Of a DNA stretch of 64,000 nt, positions 10,900-19,941 are shown piece by piece. The notes below the pieces were generated by a model. It was not told the origin of the DNA. It made no database searches and saw only the letters and a list, made by a program, of their open reading frames with translations. The DNA comes from an uncultured Thermodesulfobacteriota bacterium (GTDB taxonomy: Bacteria > Desulfobacterota > Anaeroferrophillalia > Anaeroferrophillales > Tharpellaceae). The stretch lies in contig CAYWGC010000002.1 of the NCBI GenBank assembly GCA_964457755.1, positions 80,621 through 144,620 on the forward strand, given 5' to 3'. Numbering within the stretch: the stretch's first letter is position 1; every line of letters begins with the position of its first letter. A program made the position numbers and the translations under genes.

Positions 10900-12306
10900 A
10901 TGAATTCATTAAAGCTTCCAGACGAGTTTTGGCTGGAAGATAGTGGCCAGAGTGATGATTACGATGAGACTCGGCATATCTACAGTGTCTCCCAGCTTAA
11001 CGGTGATATCCGTCTGGTTATCGAGGATAACTTCACCCCGGTCTGGGTCGAGGGTGAGATCTCAAGCCTTCGCACCCCGGCTTCAGGACATGTCTATTTT
11101 ACCCTCAAGGATGATCGCTCTCAGCTGAAAGCGGTATTCTTTCGGCGTCAACAAAGGACTTTGCCATACCAGCCGCAAGAGGGAGATCGGGTTTTGTGCA
11201 ATGGGCGTATCAGCCTTTATGAGCCCCGGGGAGAATATCAGATAATTGTCTCCACTATAGAGCTCCAGGGTATGGGTGGTTTGTGGCGAGCCTTTACTCA
11301 ACTTAAAGAAAAATTGATGCGTGAAGGATTGTTCGATACGGATCGAAAAAAAAAGATTCCCTTGTTACCTCGTACTTTGGCTCTGATAACTTCGGCCACA
11401 GGGGCTGCAGTTCACGATATCCTGCAGGTGATCCGCCGCCGTTTTGCCGGGGTTGAAATTATGGTTGTGCCGGTAATGGTTCAAGGTGAACGGGCGGCTA
11501 CTGAAATTGTGGCGGCTTTGGATCTCGTCAGCCACTACTGGCGAGATCGTATAGATACGGTTATTCTGACTCGAGGTGGTGGTTCTTATGAAGATCTGCA
11601 GCCTTTTAATGATGAACGGGTGGCCCGAGCGATTGCGGCCTGTGCAATCCCCTTGATCAGTGCCGTAGGCCATGAGATTGATTTTACAATTGCCGATTTC
11701 GTGGCTGATCTCAGGGCACCGACCCCTTCAGCTGCGGCTGAGTTAGTGATTGCCAACCAGAGTGAAATGGTTGATCGTCTGCACCATCTCAGGCAGCGTC
11801 TTCAGCAGATCGGGCGTTATCGGATAACTCAGGAACGCCGCCGGCTGCAGATGTTGGGCTTGGCTCTGGATCGGGGGAGCGAGGCCGTTTTGCTTCGCCG
11901 TCAGGACTTTATAGAGTTGAAAATCCGTTTTCGGACGGCAATGCTCTCGCGTTTGCGCTTGGTTCGGGAAAATTTAAAAATTCATGAACTTCGTCTCGGT
12001 CAGGTGTCACCGCTGGTTCGTATAAAGCCACTTGCTTATGAAATAAACTCGCAGGAGCAGCGATTTGGTCAGGCAATACGACATCTTTTGGCTGGCAAAA
12101 GACAGTCAATTACAGCTCAGAGTGATCGACTAAAAGCCGCTAGTCCTTTGGCAGTTTTAGCTCGGGGCTATACAGTTGTTGAAAAAGTCGATAATCATCA
12201 GGTGGTCAGCAAAAGTGATGATCTCGTTGTGGGGGAGCAACTGCGCCTCCGCCTGCATCAGGGTGGGGCCGTGTGTAGGGTTGAGGCAGTGATGAATGAT
12301 GAATGA
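10900..12306 (+). CDS. xseA: Exodeoxyribonuclease VII large subunit
   Basis: OB-fold N-terminus (…VWVEGEISSLR…ASGHVYFTLKD…) followed by the ExoVII catalytic region; 468 aa. Confidence 0.93.
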   Translation: MNSLKLPDEFWLEDSGQSDDYDETRHIYSVSQLNGDIRLVIEDNFTPVWVEGEISSLRTPASGHVYFTLKDDRSQLKAVFFRRQQRTLPYQPQEGDRVLCNGRISLYEPRGEYQIIVSTIELQGMGGLWRAFTQLKEKLMREGLFDTDRKKKIPLLPRTLALITSATGAAVHDILQVIRRRFAGVEIMVVPVMVQGERAATEIVAALDLVSHYWRDRIDTVILTRGGGSYEDLQPFNDERVARAIAACAIPLISAVGHEIDFTIADFVADLRAPTPSAAAELVIANQSEMVDRLHHLRQRLQQIGRYRITQERRRLQMLGLALDRGSEAVLLRRQDFIELKIRFRTAMLSRLRLVRENLKIHELRLGQVSPLVRIKPLAYEINSQEQRFGQAIRHLLAGKRQSITAQSDRLKAASPLAVLARGYTVVEKVDNHQVVSKSDDLVVGEQLRLRLHQGGAVCRVEAVMNDE

Positions 12307-12326
12307 TGAATGATGAAAAGGACGTG

Positions 12327-13289
12327 ATGAGAAATAAGCTATCATTTTCAGTTTTTCTGTTTTTTGTGGTGTTTGTGGTGTTTTTGCAGTCGTTTTCTGT
12401 GTGGGCTGAAAACGGGGATTTTGTTTCGCTTACGCAGTCAGGTTATCAGATTTTTTATGCCCCGGGAATTTCGCAGCCGGGGCAGGCAATTGTAGTCGCT
12501 CTGCACTCTCGAGATAGTCTGGCGCAAGCTTCGGCTCATCAACCTTTGCGTATGAGTTTTAGAGACCGTAAATTCTCTCTAGAAGCGGTTGCTCAAGGTT
12601 GGCGCGGGGTTGCGGCAGTACCTTTGGGAACTGCCGCCGGTAAATATAAGCTTACAATCATGCTGCAAAGTGGGGAAGAACTGATTGTGCCGATCACTGT
12701 ACTGGCTCATGATTACGGTGAACAGCGGCTAACGGTGCCGGAGGAGATGGCGACTCCGATACTTGCGGAAAATTTGCAAAAGATCAAACGTGATCGGCAG
12801 AATCTGGGAGTTGCCTATGCTTCTTCCGGAGAGTCTCTGCTTTTTGCAGAGGTGTTTAGGTCACCACTTTCATCGACCATAACCTCTCCTTTTGGTCGCC
12901 GGCGGCTACTTAACGGTAAACCAAAGTCACCGCATGGTGGAATTGATTTTAAGGCTGCTGTCGGAGTTCCTATTGCAGCCGCAGCGAAAGGTCGGGTAGT
13001 ATTAGCCGAAGAGCTCTATTATAGTGGTAATCTGGTGATTATCGATCATGGTCTTGATATCTTTACGCTATATATGCATCTTGATGAGATACTTTGTCGT
13101 CCCGGTGATATTGTTGCTTCAGAGCAAATTATTGGGAAGGCCGGGAGCAGTGGTCGCGTGACCGGGCCGCATCTGCATTGGGGGGTCAAAATTGCCGGAG
13201 TTTTTGTTGATCCGCTCCGTTTTGTTGGTGACAGTAAACATTTGTTAAAACTGCCGTGGGAGGATGGAAATGGCAAAAGTAAGTTTTGA
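12327..13289 (+). CDS. M23 family metallopeptidase (peptidoglycan DD-endopeptidase-like), secreted
   Basis: Signal peptide, then M23 motifs HGGIDF…, …LYMHLDE…, …GPHLHW…. The start was moved to the ATG at 12327, which has an AAGGA RBS 4 nt upstream. Confidence 0.85.
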   Translation: MRNKLSFSVFLFFVVFVVFLQSFSVWAENGDFVSLTQSGYQIFYAPGISQPGQAIVVALHSRDSLAQASAHQPLRMSFRDRKFSLEAVAQGWRGVAAVPLGTAAGKYKLTIMLQSGEELIVPITVLAHDYGEQRLTVPEEMATPILAENLQKIKRDRQNLGVAYASSGESLLFAEVFRSPLSSTITSPFGRRRLLNGKPKSPHGGIDFKAAVGVPIAAAAKGRVVLAEELYYSGNLVIIDHGLDIFTLYMHLDEILCRPGDIVASEQIIGKAGSSGRVTGPHLHWGVKIAGVFVDPLRFVGDSKHLLKLPWEDGNGKSKF

Positions 13290-13491
13290 AGATTCGATGA
13301 AGAGGCTGGAAGAGGTTGTTGGTAAGCTCGAAGGTGAAGAGGTATCATTAGAGGAATCCTTGAAACTTTTTGAGCAGGGCGTCAAGTTGATGCGTTTCTG
13401 CCATCTGCGCTTGAGTGAGGTTGAAGAGAAGGTGCAGGTTTTGGTGGCGGATGAGAAAGAGGGCGGCCAGCTTGAGGATTTTAAAGAATGA
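13264..13491 (+). CDS. xseB: Exodeoxyribonuclease VII small subunit
   Basis: 75-aa helical protein (…SFEDSMKRLEEVV.KLE…SLEESLKLFEQG…). It overlaps the 3' end of the M23 gene, and its stop overlaps the ispA start. Confidence 0.85.
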   Translation: MEMAKVSFEDSMKRLEEVVGKLEGEEVSLEESLKLFEQGVKLMRFCHLRLSEVEEKVQVLVADEKEGGQLEDFKE

Positions 13492-14402
13492 AGGGTCAAT
13501 TAGCGGTTTATCTTAATGCCTATGTACCTCAAATTAACGCCTATTTGCAGGATTTGCTGTTTGCCGATGAACTTGGAGCTCGATTAGCAGCGCCTTTAAA
13601 TGATTCTATGCACTATAGTGTAGATGCCGGTGGCAAACGTTTACGGCCGATTTTGACAATTATGGCCTACCGTCTTCTGGCCGAAGATTGGCAGCGGGCC
13701 TTGCCCGTGGCAGCAGCCTATGAGTTGGTTCATACCTACTCTCTGATTCATGATGACCTTCCTTCTATGGATGATGATGATCTGCGTCGGGGGCGTCCGA
13801 CTAATCACCGAGTTTACGGTGAAGCGATGGCAATCTTGGCCGGTGACGCTCTTTTGACCGAGGCTTTTCGTCTGCTTTCAGAAGAGGTTGAAACTGATCC
13901 CGAAACCGTGCTTAAACTGGTTTCCGGGTTGTCACGAGCCGCCGGGCGTGACGGTATGGTTGGCGGCCAGGCGATCGATATCTTGAGCCAGGGCGTAGAA
14001 AATCAAACGGAATTTACACTTCAGAGTCAGTTACTTGAAACTCTGCATCGTCGAAAAACCGGGGCTATGATTACTGGTTCTCTGCTGGCCGGGGTTGATC
14101 TGGCCCAAGGTGATCTCCAATTACGTTCCCGACTGGCTGAATTTGGTGCAGTTATCGGTCTCGCTTTTCAAGTAGCTGATGATATACTTGATGAAGTTGG
14201 TGAAGAGGAGAGCCTTGGAAAAGATATTGGCTCTGATCGGGAGTTGGGCAAGTTGACTTTTGTTTCTCTGTTCGGCCTTGAACAGGCCCGGCAAAAACTG
14301 GCTGAGCTGCACCGGCAGGCGCTTCTTCTTCTGGAACCATTAGGTGAAAACGGGTCAGGTCTGAAAGCTCTGGCTGACTATATCGTGGAGCGGGATTGCT
14401 AA
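13488..14402 (+). CDS. ispA: Polyprenyl (farnesyl/geranyl) diphosphate synthase
   Basis: First and second aspartate-rich motifs (LIHDDLPSMDDDDLRRGRPT and …FQVADDILD…). Classic xseB-ispA linkage. Confidence 0.9.
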   Translation: MKGQLAVYLNAYVPQINAYLQDLLFADELGARLAAPLNDSMHYSVDAGGKRLRPILTIMAYRLLAEDWQRALPVAAAYELVHTYSLIHDDLPSMDDDDLRRGRPTNHRVYGEAMAILAGDALLTEAFRLLSEEVETDPETVLKLVSGLSRAAGRDGMVGGQAIDILSQGVENQTEFTLQSQLLETLHRRKTGAMITGSLLAGVDLAQGDLQLRSRLAEFGAVIGLAFQVADDILDEVGEEESLGKDIGSDRELGKLTFVSLFGLEQARQKLAELHRQALLLLEPLGENGSGLKALADYIVERDC

Positions 14403-15082
14403 TGCAGAGAATCCATATTATCGGTTGTGGAAAATTTGGTTATCGGGCGCTGGAGTTTTATGCGCAGAAAAGTGAACCTCAAACCTTGGTTCTTGTAGAT
14501 TCTCTGGAAGAAAATTTGCTTGCCGGAAAAAAACTCCTGTCATCTTCTAATGCAAGTTTTACGGCCAGCGATCGTGATGCGGTTGATTATCTGGTTGATC
14601 TCCTGGAAGATCAGCGAGCCTTGCAAAATGACTGGATTATTCCGACCGTGCCACTTCATCTTGCCTTTGCGGTTTTGTGCAGGGTCACGCAGCGGGAATC
14701 TCTGCCCTTTACAACCCTGCCTTGCTTACCTAATCTTTTTACCGGGGAGCGGAACGAAGTTTACAGTAGTCTTGCCGATTTCTTATGTCCCGCCGATTGC
14801 CCTCAGCCCCGAACTCACTGTTTCCATACCGGGAAAAAACGAGATCCCTCTCTGCTCAACCTTCTGGCCCGTCTGGAGTATCGTTTGCAAGGAGGGCAAG
14901 AGGATAATTTACCCTCTATCGTTCTCTCCAGTACCCAAATCGGCCCTGGTCTTGGTGGTTTCCCGTTACTGCGCCTGCGGCGCATAATCGACTTTATTAA
15001 CGATCGATATCCCGGGCCGCTGCTCTTCAGCACAGCCTGTCGTTGTCATGGGGTTACCAATATTTTAGATAGTTACCGGTAG
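14396..15082 (+). CDS. Hypothetical protein with an N-terminal Rossmann-like GxGxxG motif and a C-terminal cysteine-rich region
   Basis: IIGCGKFGYRALEF… at the N-terminus; multiple Cys near the C-terminus (CPADCP…HC…, …CRCHG). Its start overlaps the ispA stop. No family recognised. Confidence 0.4.
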   Translation: MLMQRIHIIGCGKFGYRALEFYAQKSEPQTLVLVDSLEENLLAGKKLLSSSNASFTASDRDAVDYLVDLLEDQRALQNDWIIPTVPLHLAFAVLCRVTQRESLPFTTLPCLPNLFTGERNEVYSSLADFLCPADCPQPRTHCFHTGKKRDPSLLNLLARLEYRLQGGQEDNLPSIVLSSTQIGPGLGGFPLLRLRRIIDFINDRYPGPLLFSTACRCHGVTNILDSYR

Positions 15083-15097
15083 TTATTTTTAAGGTTT

Positions 15098-15766
15098 ATG
15101 TTGAAATTAAAACGGGAAACTCTGAAAAAACGACGTCTTCGGGTACTTGACATTATCTTGGGCTTGTCCCGTCTCTACCCCTTAGCCACTTGTGGGCTTA
15201 TCTACCATAACTCGATTGAACTTCTGGTGGCGGTTATTCTGTCGGCCCAATGCACCGATGTCCGAGTTAACCTGGTAACTCCGGCTCTTTTTGCGCGTTA
15301 TCCCGATGTTAAAGCTTTTGCGCAAGCTTCGCGCGCCGATCTCGAAGAGGCGATCAAAAGCACCGGTTTTTTTCGTAATAAAGCAAAAAATATCCAACTT
15401 TGCTGCCAACAGTTATTGGTCAGGCATGGTGGCAGAATTCCGCCTTCTTTAACTGAGATGGTAAAACTCCCCGGAGTTGGCCGCAAAACGGCCAATGTGG
15501 TTTTGGGGGAGCTCTATGGTCTGCAGGGGGTTGTGGTTGATACCCATGTTAAACGTTTGAGTTACTTGTTGGGTTTGACCAGAAGTGAAGATCCTGTCAA
15601 AATTGAGCAACAGCTGATGCAGGTGGTGCCGGAAAAAGCCTGGAACCTATTTTCCCATCTCTTGATCTATCATGGTCGCAATCTTTGTCCGGCGCGGCGC
15701 CCCGGATGTGAGATCTGCCCGCTACTTAAAAGTTGCCCGGAAGGGAACAAGAAAGTATTTACATGA
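15098..15766 (+). CDS. nth: Endonuclease III (DNA-(apurinic or apyrimidinic site) lyase)
   Basis: HhH-GPD domain (…LVAVILSAQCTD..VN…LPGVGRKTANVVL…) and a C-terminal 4Fe-4S cluster loop (C-x6-C-x2-C-x5-C). Confidence 0.93.
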   Translation: MLKLKRETLKKRRLRVLDIILGLSRLYPLATCGLIYHNSIELLVAVILSAQCTDVRVNLVTPALFARYPDVKAFAQASRADLEEAIKSTGFFRNKAKNIQLCCQQLLVRHGGRIPPSLTEMVKLPGVGRKTANVVLGELYGLQGVVVDTHVKRLSYLLGLTRSEDPVKIEQQLMQVVPEKAWNLFSHLLIYHGRNLCPARRPGCEICPLLKSCPEGNKKVFT

Positions 15767-16293
15767 TTAAAGATTTCACCATTGTTGATATTCCAAGCCC
15801 TAATTATGATGAACGTCCTCCAGGTATGGTGATCGATCTCGTCGTCATTCATGCGATCAGCTTGCCGCCGGGTAAATTTGGCAACGGTCGGGTAGTCGAT
15901 TTTTTTACGAACACACTGGATCTGCAAGCGGATCCCTATTTTACTGAAATTGCTGAACTTAAAGTATCATCACACTATTTTATTGAGCGCCAGGGAGAAG
16001 TTATTCGTTTTGTGAAGGATGAAAAAAGGGCCTGGCATGCCGGGGTCAGTCATTTTCAGGGACGCTATAACTGTAACGATTTTTCTCTCGGTATAGAACT
16101 TGAAGGCGATGACTTTACTTTTTTCAGTGAAATTCAATACCAACGTTTAAATGATCTGTTGCGGCTTATAAGAAGGCGCTGGCCGGCTGTGACCGGTGAC
16201 GGGATTGTTGGGCATTGTCATGTAGCACCGCAACGCAAAACCGATCCCGGGCCATTTTTTGACTGGTCTAAGATAGGAGTAGATATTGTCTGA
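15733..16293 (+). CDS. ampD: 1,6-anhydro-N-acetylmuramyl-L-alanine amidase AmpD (amidase_2/PGRP fold)
   Basis: …VVIHAISLPPG…, …AWHAGVS…, …NDFSLGIELEG… are typical of AmpD; 186 aa. Confidence 0.85.
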   Translation: MPGREQESIYMIKDFTIVDIPSPNYDERPPGMVIDLVVIHAISLPPGKFGNGRVVDFFTNTLDLQADPYFTEIAELKVSSHYFIERQGEVIRFVKDEKRAWHAGVSHFQGRYNCNDFSLGIELEGDDFTFFSEIQYQRLNDLLRLIRRRWPAVTGDGIVGHCHVAPQRKTDPGPFFDWSKIGVDIV

Positions 16294-17281
16294 GAAAAAA
16301 ATCAGCCAACTTTTGATGCTGGGGGTCGCCGGCGAGGGTCTGTCATCTTTTGAGCGCTCAGTTTTTAAACGATATCCTCCAGGCGGAGTGATCCTCTTTG
16401 CCCGTAACTGTATTGACCCACAAAAAACCAGAAGGCTTATTGCCGAACTCCAGGAGATCGCAATTGCGGCCAGTGGTTTGCCCCTGATTGTTGCCATTGA
16501 TCAGGAAGGTGGGTCCGTGACTCGCTTAAAGGTGGGTTTCCCGGATTTTCCTGGTGCTACTTTTTTAGGTTTGCAAGATGACCTGGAAAAGACCCGGCGG
16601 ACGGCACAATCACTCGGGAAAGCTCTGTTTGAGATTGGTATAAACTGTAATCTGGCTCCAGTTGCCGATCTTTACAACGATTCCAGTCGAGTTCTGTTTA
16701 AGCGTTGTTTTGGAAAAGATCCTGGAATGGTTGCAGATCATGTCAAAGCCTATATTGAGGGGCTCCAGAGTTGTGGGATTGCTGCTTGTGTTAAACATTT
16801 CCCCGGTCATGGCACAGTCACCAGTGATAGCCATAAGATGTTACCGGTTTCAACCATTAAGCGGTCGGAGTTAGATTCTCATCTTAGACCTTTTGCGGCG
16901 GCCATTAATGCCGGAGTGAAGGTTATGATGGCAGCCCATCTCAGGTTTCCTGAAATTGATTCAAGGTCAGTGCCCTTCTCACCCCTTTTTTTAAACGATA
17001 TTGCCCGTCTTGAGATGGGCTTTTCCGGCTTGCTGATTTCAGATGATCTTGATATGGCGGCTGTGTCTGAGAGGCCTCTGCCTGAGGTCATGATTGAAGG
17101 GCTCAAAGCTGGTCTAGATATGGCACTTTGGGGCCGCAACCTGAAGCCGGTTGCAGACCCTGAACCGGTGCTGGCCGGTTTTTGTCAAAATATGCAAAAT
17201 TGTGGTTTGCACAAAGAGTTGCTGCAAGCTAAAATGGATAGGGTTGGGCATTTGCGGAACTTCTTTTTTGATAAAATTTAA
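16286..17281 (+). CDS. nagZ: Beta-N-acetylhexosaminidase NagZ (GH3)
   Basis: GH3 N-terminal domain motifs (…VKHFPGHG…, …ISDDL.M.A…); ~331 aa as in single-domain NagZ. Confidence 0.88.
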   Translation: MSEKKISQLLMLGVAGEGLSSFERSVFKRYPPGGVILFARNCIDPQKTRRLIAELQEIAIAASGLPLIVAIDQEGGSVTRLKVGFPDFPGATFLGLQDDLEKTRRTAQSLGKALFEIGINCNLAPVADLYNDSSRVLFKRCFGKDPGMVADHVKAYIEGLQSCGIAACVKHFPGHGTVTSDSHKMLPVSTIKRSELDSHLRPFAAAINAGVKVMMAAHLRFPEIDSRSVPFSPLFLNDIARLEMGFSGLLISDDLDMAAVSERPLPEVMIEGLKAGLDMALWGRNLKPVADPEPVLAGFCQNMQNCGLHKELLQAKMDRVGHLRNFFFDKI

Positions 17282-17305
17282 TGCCACAGGTCAAAACTTT
17301 TCTTT

Positions 17306-18505
17306 TTGAACCACAGAGATCACAGAGACTCCTGTATGGTTAAACTTGGTTTAGAAAATTTTCTTGAATCGGCGCAAGCTCTTCCGCCGGGCTCTCGGGC
17401 AGCCTTTTTAACCCATCAGGCGGCGGTTGATAGTCGTGGGATAACCTCTTTGGAGCGCGTGCGTCAGGCCTTTCCCGATCTGGTGCAGGCGGTTTGGAGT
17501 CCACAGCACGGTTTTTATGGTGATCGTCAGGCCAATATGATCGCATCTCAGGATTTCTCTGATCCTTTATCCGGCTTGCCGGTTTACAGTCTCTATGGAG
17601 AAAAGCGACAGCCAACCCCGGAGATGTTTTTAGGAATCGACCTGGTGCTGGTTGATCTGGTCGATGTCGGTTGTCGCGTTTACACTTATATCTGGACTCT
17701 CTATCTACTGCTCAAGGCGGCCGCAGAAGCCGGGGTTAAGGTTTTCGTACTTGATCGTCCCAACCCACTGGGAGGGCAGGAGGTTGAAGGAAATCTCACG
17801 CGTTTTGATCACATCTCTTTTGTTGGTTTATATCCATTGCCAATGCGCCACGGTCTAACCGTTGGCGAATTGGCCCTCTATTTTAAACGCTATGAGGGGA
17901 TCGATGTCGAGCTTTATATTATTGAGATGAAGGGCTGGTCACGGTACTCATATTTTAACGAAAGCGGACTTTTCTGGGTCTTACCTTCCCCCAATATGCC
18001 AACTTTAGGGACAGCATTAGTATATCCGGGCCAGGTTTTGTTGGAAGGAAGCAATCTCTCCGAAGGTCGCGGCACAACTCTACCGTTTGAGTTGTGCGGG
18101 GCTCCTTTCATAGATCCCAGAGCTTTGTTGGCAGAGATTGATTCTCGCGCTGCAAGTGGACTATTTCTGCGCCCTACCTGGTTTACGCCGACTTTTGATA
18201 AGTGGGTCGGTGAACTCTGCGGTGGCTTGCAGTTGTATGTTGTAGATCTGAATAAATTTTCACCATACCATTTTACTTTGGCGCTGCTTAAAGCTGTTAT
18301 CAGGCTTTATCCTAATGATTTTTCCTGGCTTGCGCCACCATATGAATATGAGTATGAGAAACTTCCCATTGATATTCTGACTGGTGATCCAGCTATCCGT
18401 CTGGCTCTCGAAAATAACGGTGACCTTATTCGGCTAGCAAAAACCTGGGAACCTGTTCTTGAAGAATTTTGTGATCAGTGTTGCAATGTGCAAATCTATA
18501 GATGA
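17306..18505 (+). CDS. DUF1343 family protein (YbbC/NamZ-like putative exo-beta-N-acetylmuramidase)
   Basis: Length and composition fit the DUF1343 family. It lies immediately downstream of ampD-nagZ, consistent with a cell-wall recycling role. The family call is made by eye only. Confidence 0.6.
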   Translation: MNHRDHRDSCMVKLGLENFLESAQALPPGSRAAFLTHQAAVDSRGITSLERVRQAFPDLVQAVWSPQHGFYGDRQANMIASQDFSDPLSGLPVYSLYGEKRQPTPEMFLGIDLVLVDLVDVGCRVYTYIWTLYLLLKAAAEAGVKVFVLDRPNPLGGQEVEGNLTRFDHISFVGLYPLPMRHGLTVGELALYFKRYEGIDVELYIIEMKGWSRYSYFNESGLFWVLPSPNMPTLGTALVYPGQVLLEGSNLSEGRGTTLPFELCGAPFIDPRALLAEIDSRAASGLFLRPTWFTPTFDKWVGELCGGLQLYVVDLNKFSPYHFTLALLKAVIRLYPNDFSWLAPPYEYEYEKLPIDILTGDPAIRLALENNGDLIRLAKTWEPVLEEFCDQCCNVQIYR

Positions 18506-18616
18506 TGTTGCTCTCATAGTCGACTAAAGCGTTAGTTTGACATGATATATTAACTGCCGTATAACTGTTTGGTAAATGTTTAAACAATTTTGTAAAATAT
18601 GTTTAGGGGTGGAACT

Positions 18617-19114
18617 ATGAATAAACCGAGTAAAGTAATCTTCGTTTTATTGTTTATTATGGTCGTTGGTTATTTTTTTTCAGGATGTGCCGGTAATTGT
18701 GGTTACGAGCGTGGGGCCCGTGTAACTCCAGCTTTTATCGCGGCAAGTGGAGCTAAAGTTTACGTCCATCCGCCCCAAGATCAAACCCTCTCCGGCTGGA
18801 TGGAGATCTATATTGATATGGAGCTTGAACATTTAGGCTTCGCACTGGTCGAAGACCCCCATGCTAGTGATCTTATAGCCTACTATTCTTATGCCTACGA
18901 CCCTTCAGAAACTTCCTACATCCGTAACTTCTTGATTGTTTTCAAACCCTATCCCGGAGACGATTCGGCGCTTATGGCTTCAGCCAGCTGTTATCATCGC
19001 TGCTCATCTTCATTTACTCAGGCTGGCGGCCAGGAGGTCCATGAAGCCTTTACTGCCTTGAGAGAAGAGCTCAATGCGGTGGCTAAAACTGAGTACAAGG
19101 ATTCCTGGTTTTGA
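18617..19114 (+). CDS. Hypothetical lipoprotein
   Basis: Signal peptide with a lipobox-like …FFSGC… after a hydrophobic stretch. Start moved to the ATG at 18617, which has a GGTGGA RBS. Confidence 0.5.
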   Translation: MNKPSKVIFVLLFIMVVGYFFSGCAGNCGYERGARVTPAFIAASGAKVYVHPPQDQTLSGWMEIYIDMELEHLGFALVEDPHASDLIAYYSYAYDPSETSYIRNFLIVFKPYPGDDSALMASASCYHRCSSSFTQAGGQEVHEAFTALREELNAVAKTEYKDSWF

Positions 19115-19141
19115 GTCTAAATAAGATGGTTAGTTATTGTC

Positions 19142-19888
19142 TTATTTCAATACCTTGCCTTTAAGATTAATGACCATCTCTTTAACCGGGGTGACTTTTT
19201 CAGCCTTTTTTAAAGCGTTTTTGACGGCCACCGGGAAACCTGAACAGCATGGGACTTCCATGGTGACTACGGTTACACTTTTGATCTCATTTTTTACGAA
19301 CATTTCGCTGAAACGTTCTTCATAATCAGCTAGATCATCAAATTTCGGACAGCCCATCATGACGACGTGGTCACTCAATAATTCCTGGTGCAGGGCGGCA
19401 TAGGCTACGGCCGCGCAGTCCGCCAGGACAAGGATGTCGGCATTGTTGAGGAAAGGGGCGTGGGCCGGAATCAGGCGAATTTGTACCGGCCAATGGCCGA
19501 GGGCGGAAGCTGGGGCTGGACTGCTGGCAGTTTCTTTATTGTCGTTGCAATTCGAAAAAGTTTGCATTTGAGTCGAGGGGCAACCGCAGGCCAAAGTTTC
19601 AAGTCCATTTGAACTCTTTTTGTCAGTTTCGTTGTCTTCTTCACGGTCTTTAAGGTACTCTTCAACTGCTTCGGGGTCGAAATCTTCGGCCATTCTCTCA
19701 ACTATCGAGATCGCTCCCTGCGGGCAATCGCCCAGGCAGGCACCGAGGCCATCACAATATTTCTCGGCAACAGTTTTAGCCTTACCGTTAATTATTTGGA
19801 TAGCTCCTTCATCACAAGCTGGAACGCACTGGCCGCAGCCGTCACATAACTCTTCATCAATCTCGATAATATTACGTAAAATCTTCAT
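19142..19888 (-). CDS. 4Fe-4S ferredoxin-domain protein with an additional cysteine-rich C-terminal domain
   Basis: Two CxxCxxC…CP-type motifs near the N-terminus (CDGCGQCVPACDEG…; CDGLGACLGDCPQG). C-terminal Cys cluster (…GCPKF…, …VPCCSGFP…). Confidence 0.6.
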   Translation of the reverse strand: MKILRNIIEIDEELCDGCGQCVPACDEGAIQIINGKAKTVAEKYCDGLGACLGDCPQGAISIVERMAEDFDPEAVEEYLKDREEDNETDKKSSNGLETLACGCPSTQMQTFSNCNDNKETASSPAPASALGHWPVQIRLIPAHAPFLNNADILVLADCAAVAYAALHQELLSDHVVMMGCPKFDDLADYEERFSEMFVKNEIKSVTVVTMEVPCCSGFPVAVKNALKKAEKVTPVKEMVINLKGKVLK

Positions 19889-19941
19889 AGTACTTCTCCA
19901 TTATTTAAGTGACTTATCCAGATCATCTGGGTTAATTACAA

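Noticed and set aside
12290-12312. (ATGAATG)x3 tandem repeat at the xseA stop/M23 start
   Set aside because: It is a trivial short repeat within overlapping coding ends; it only creates alternative in-frame Met codons upstream of the better-supported ATG at 12327.
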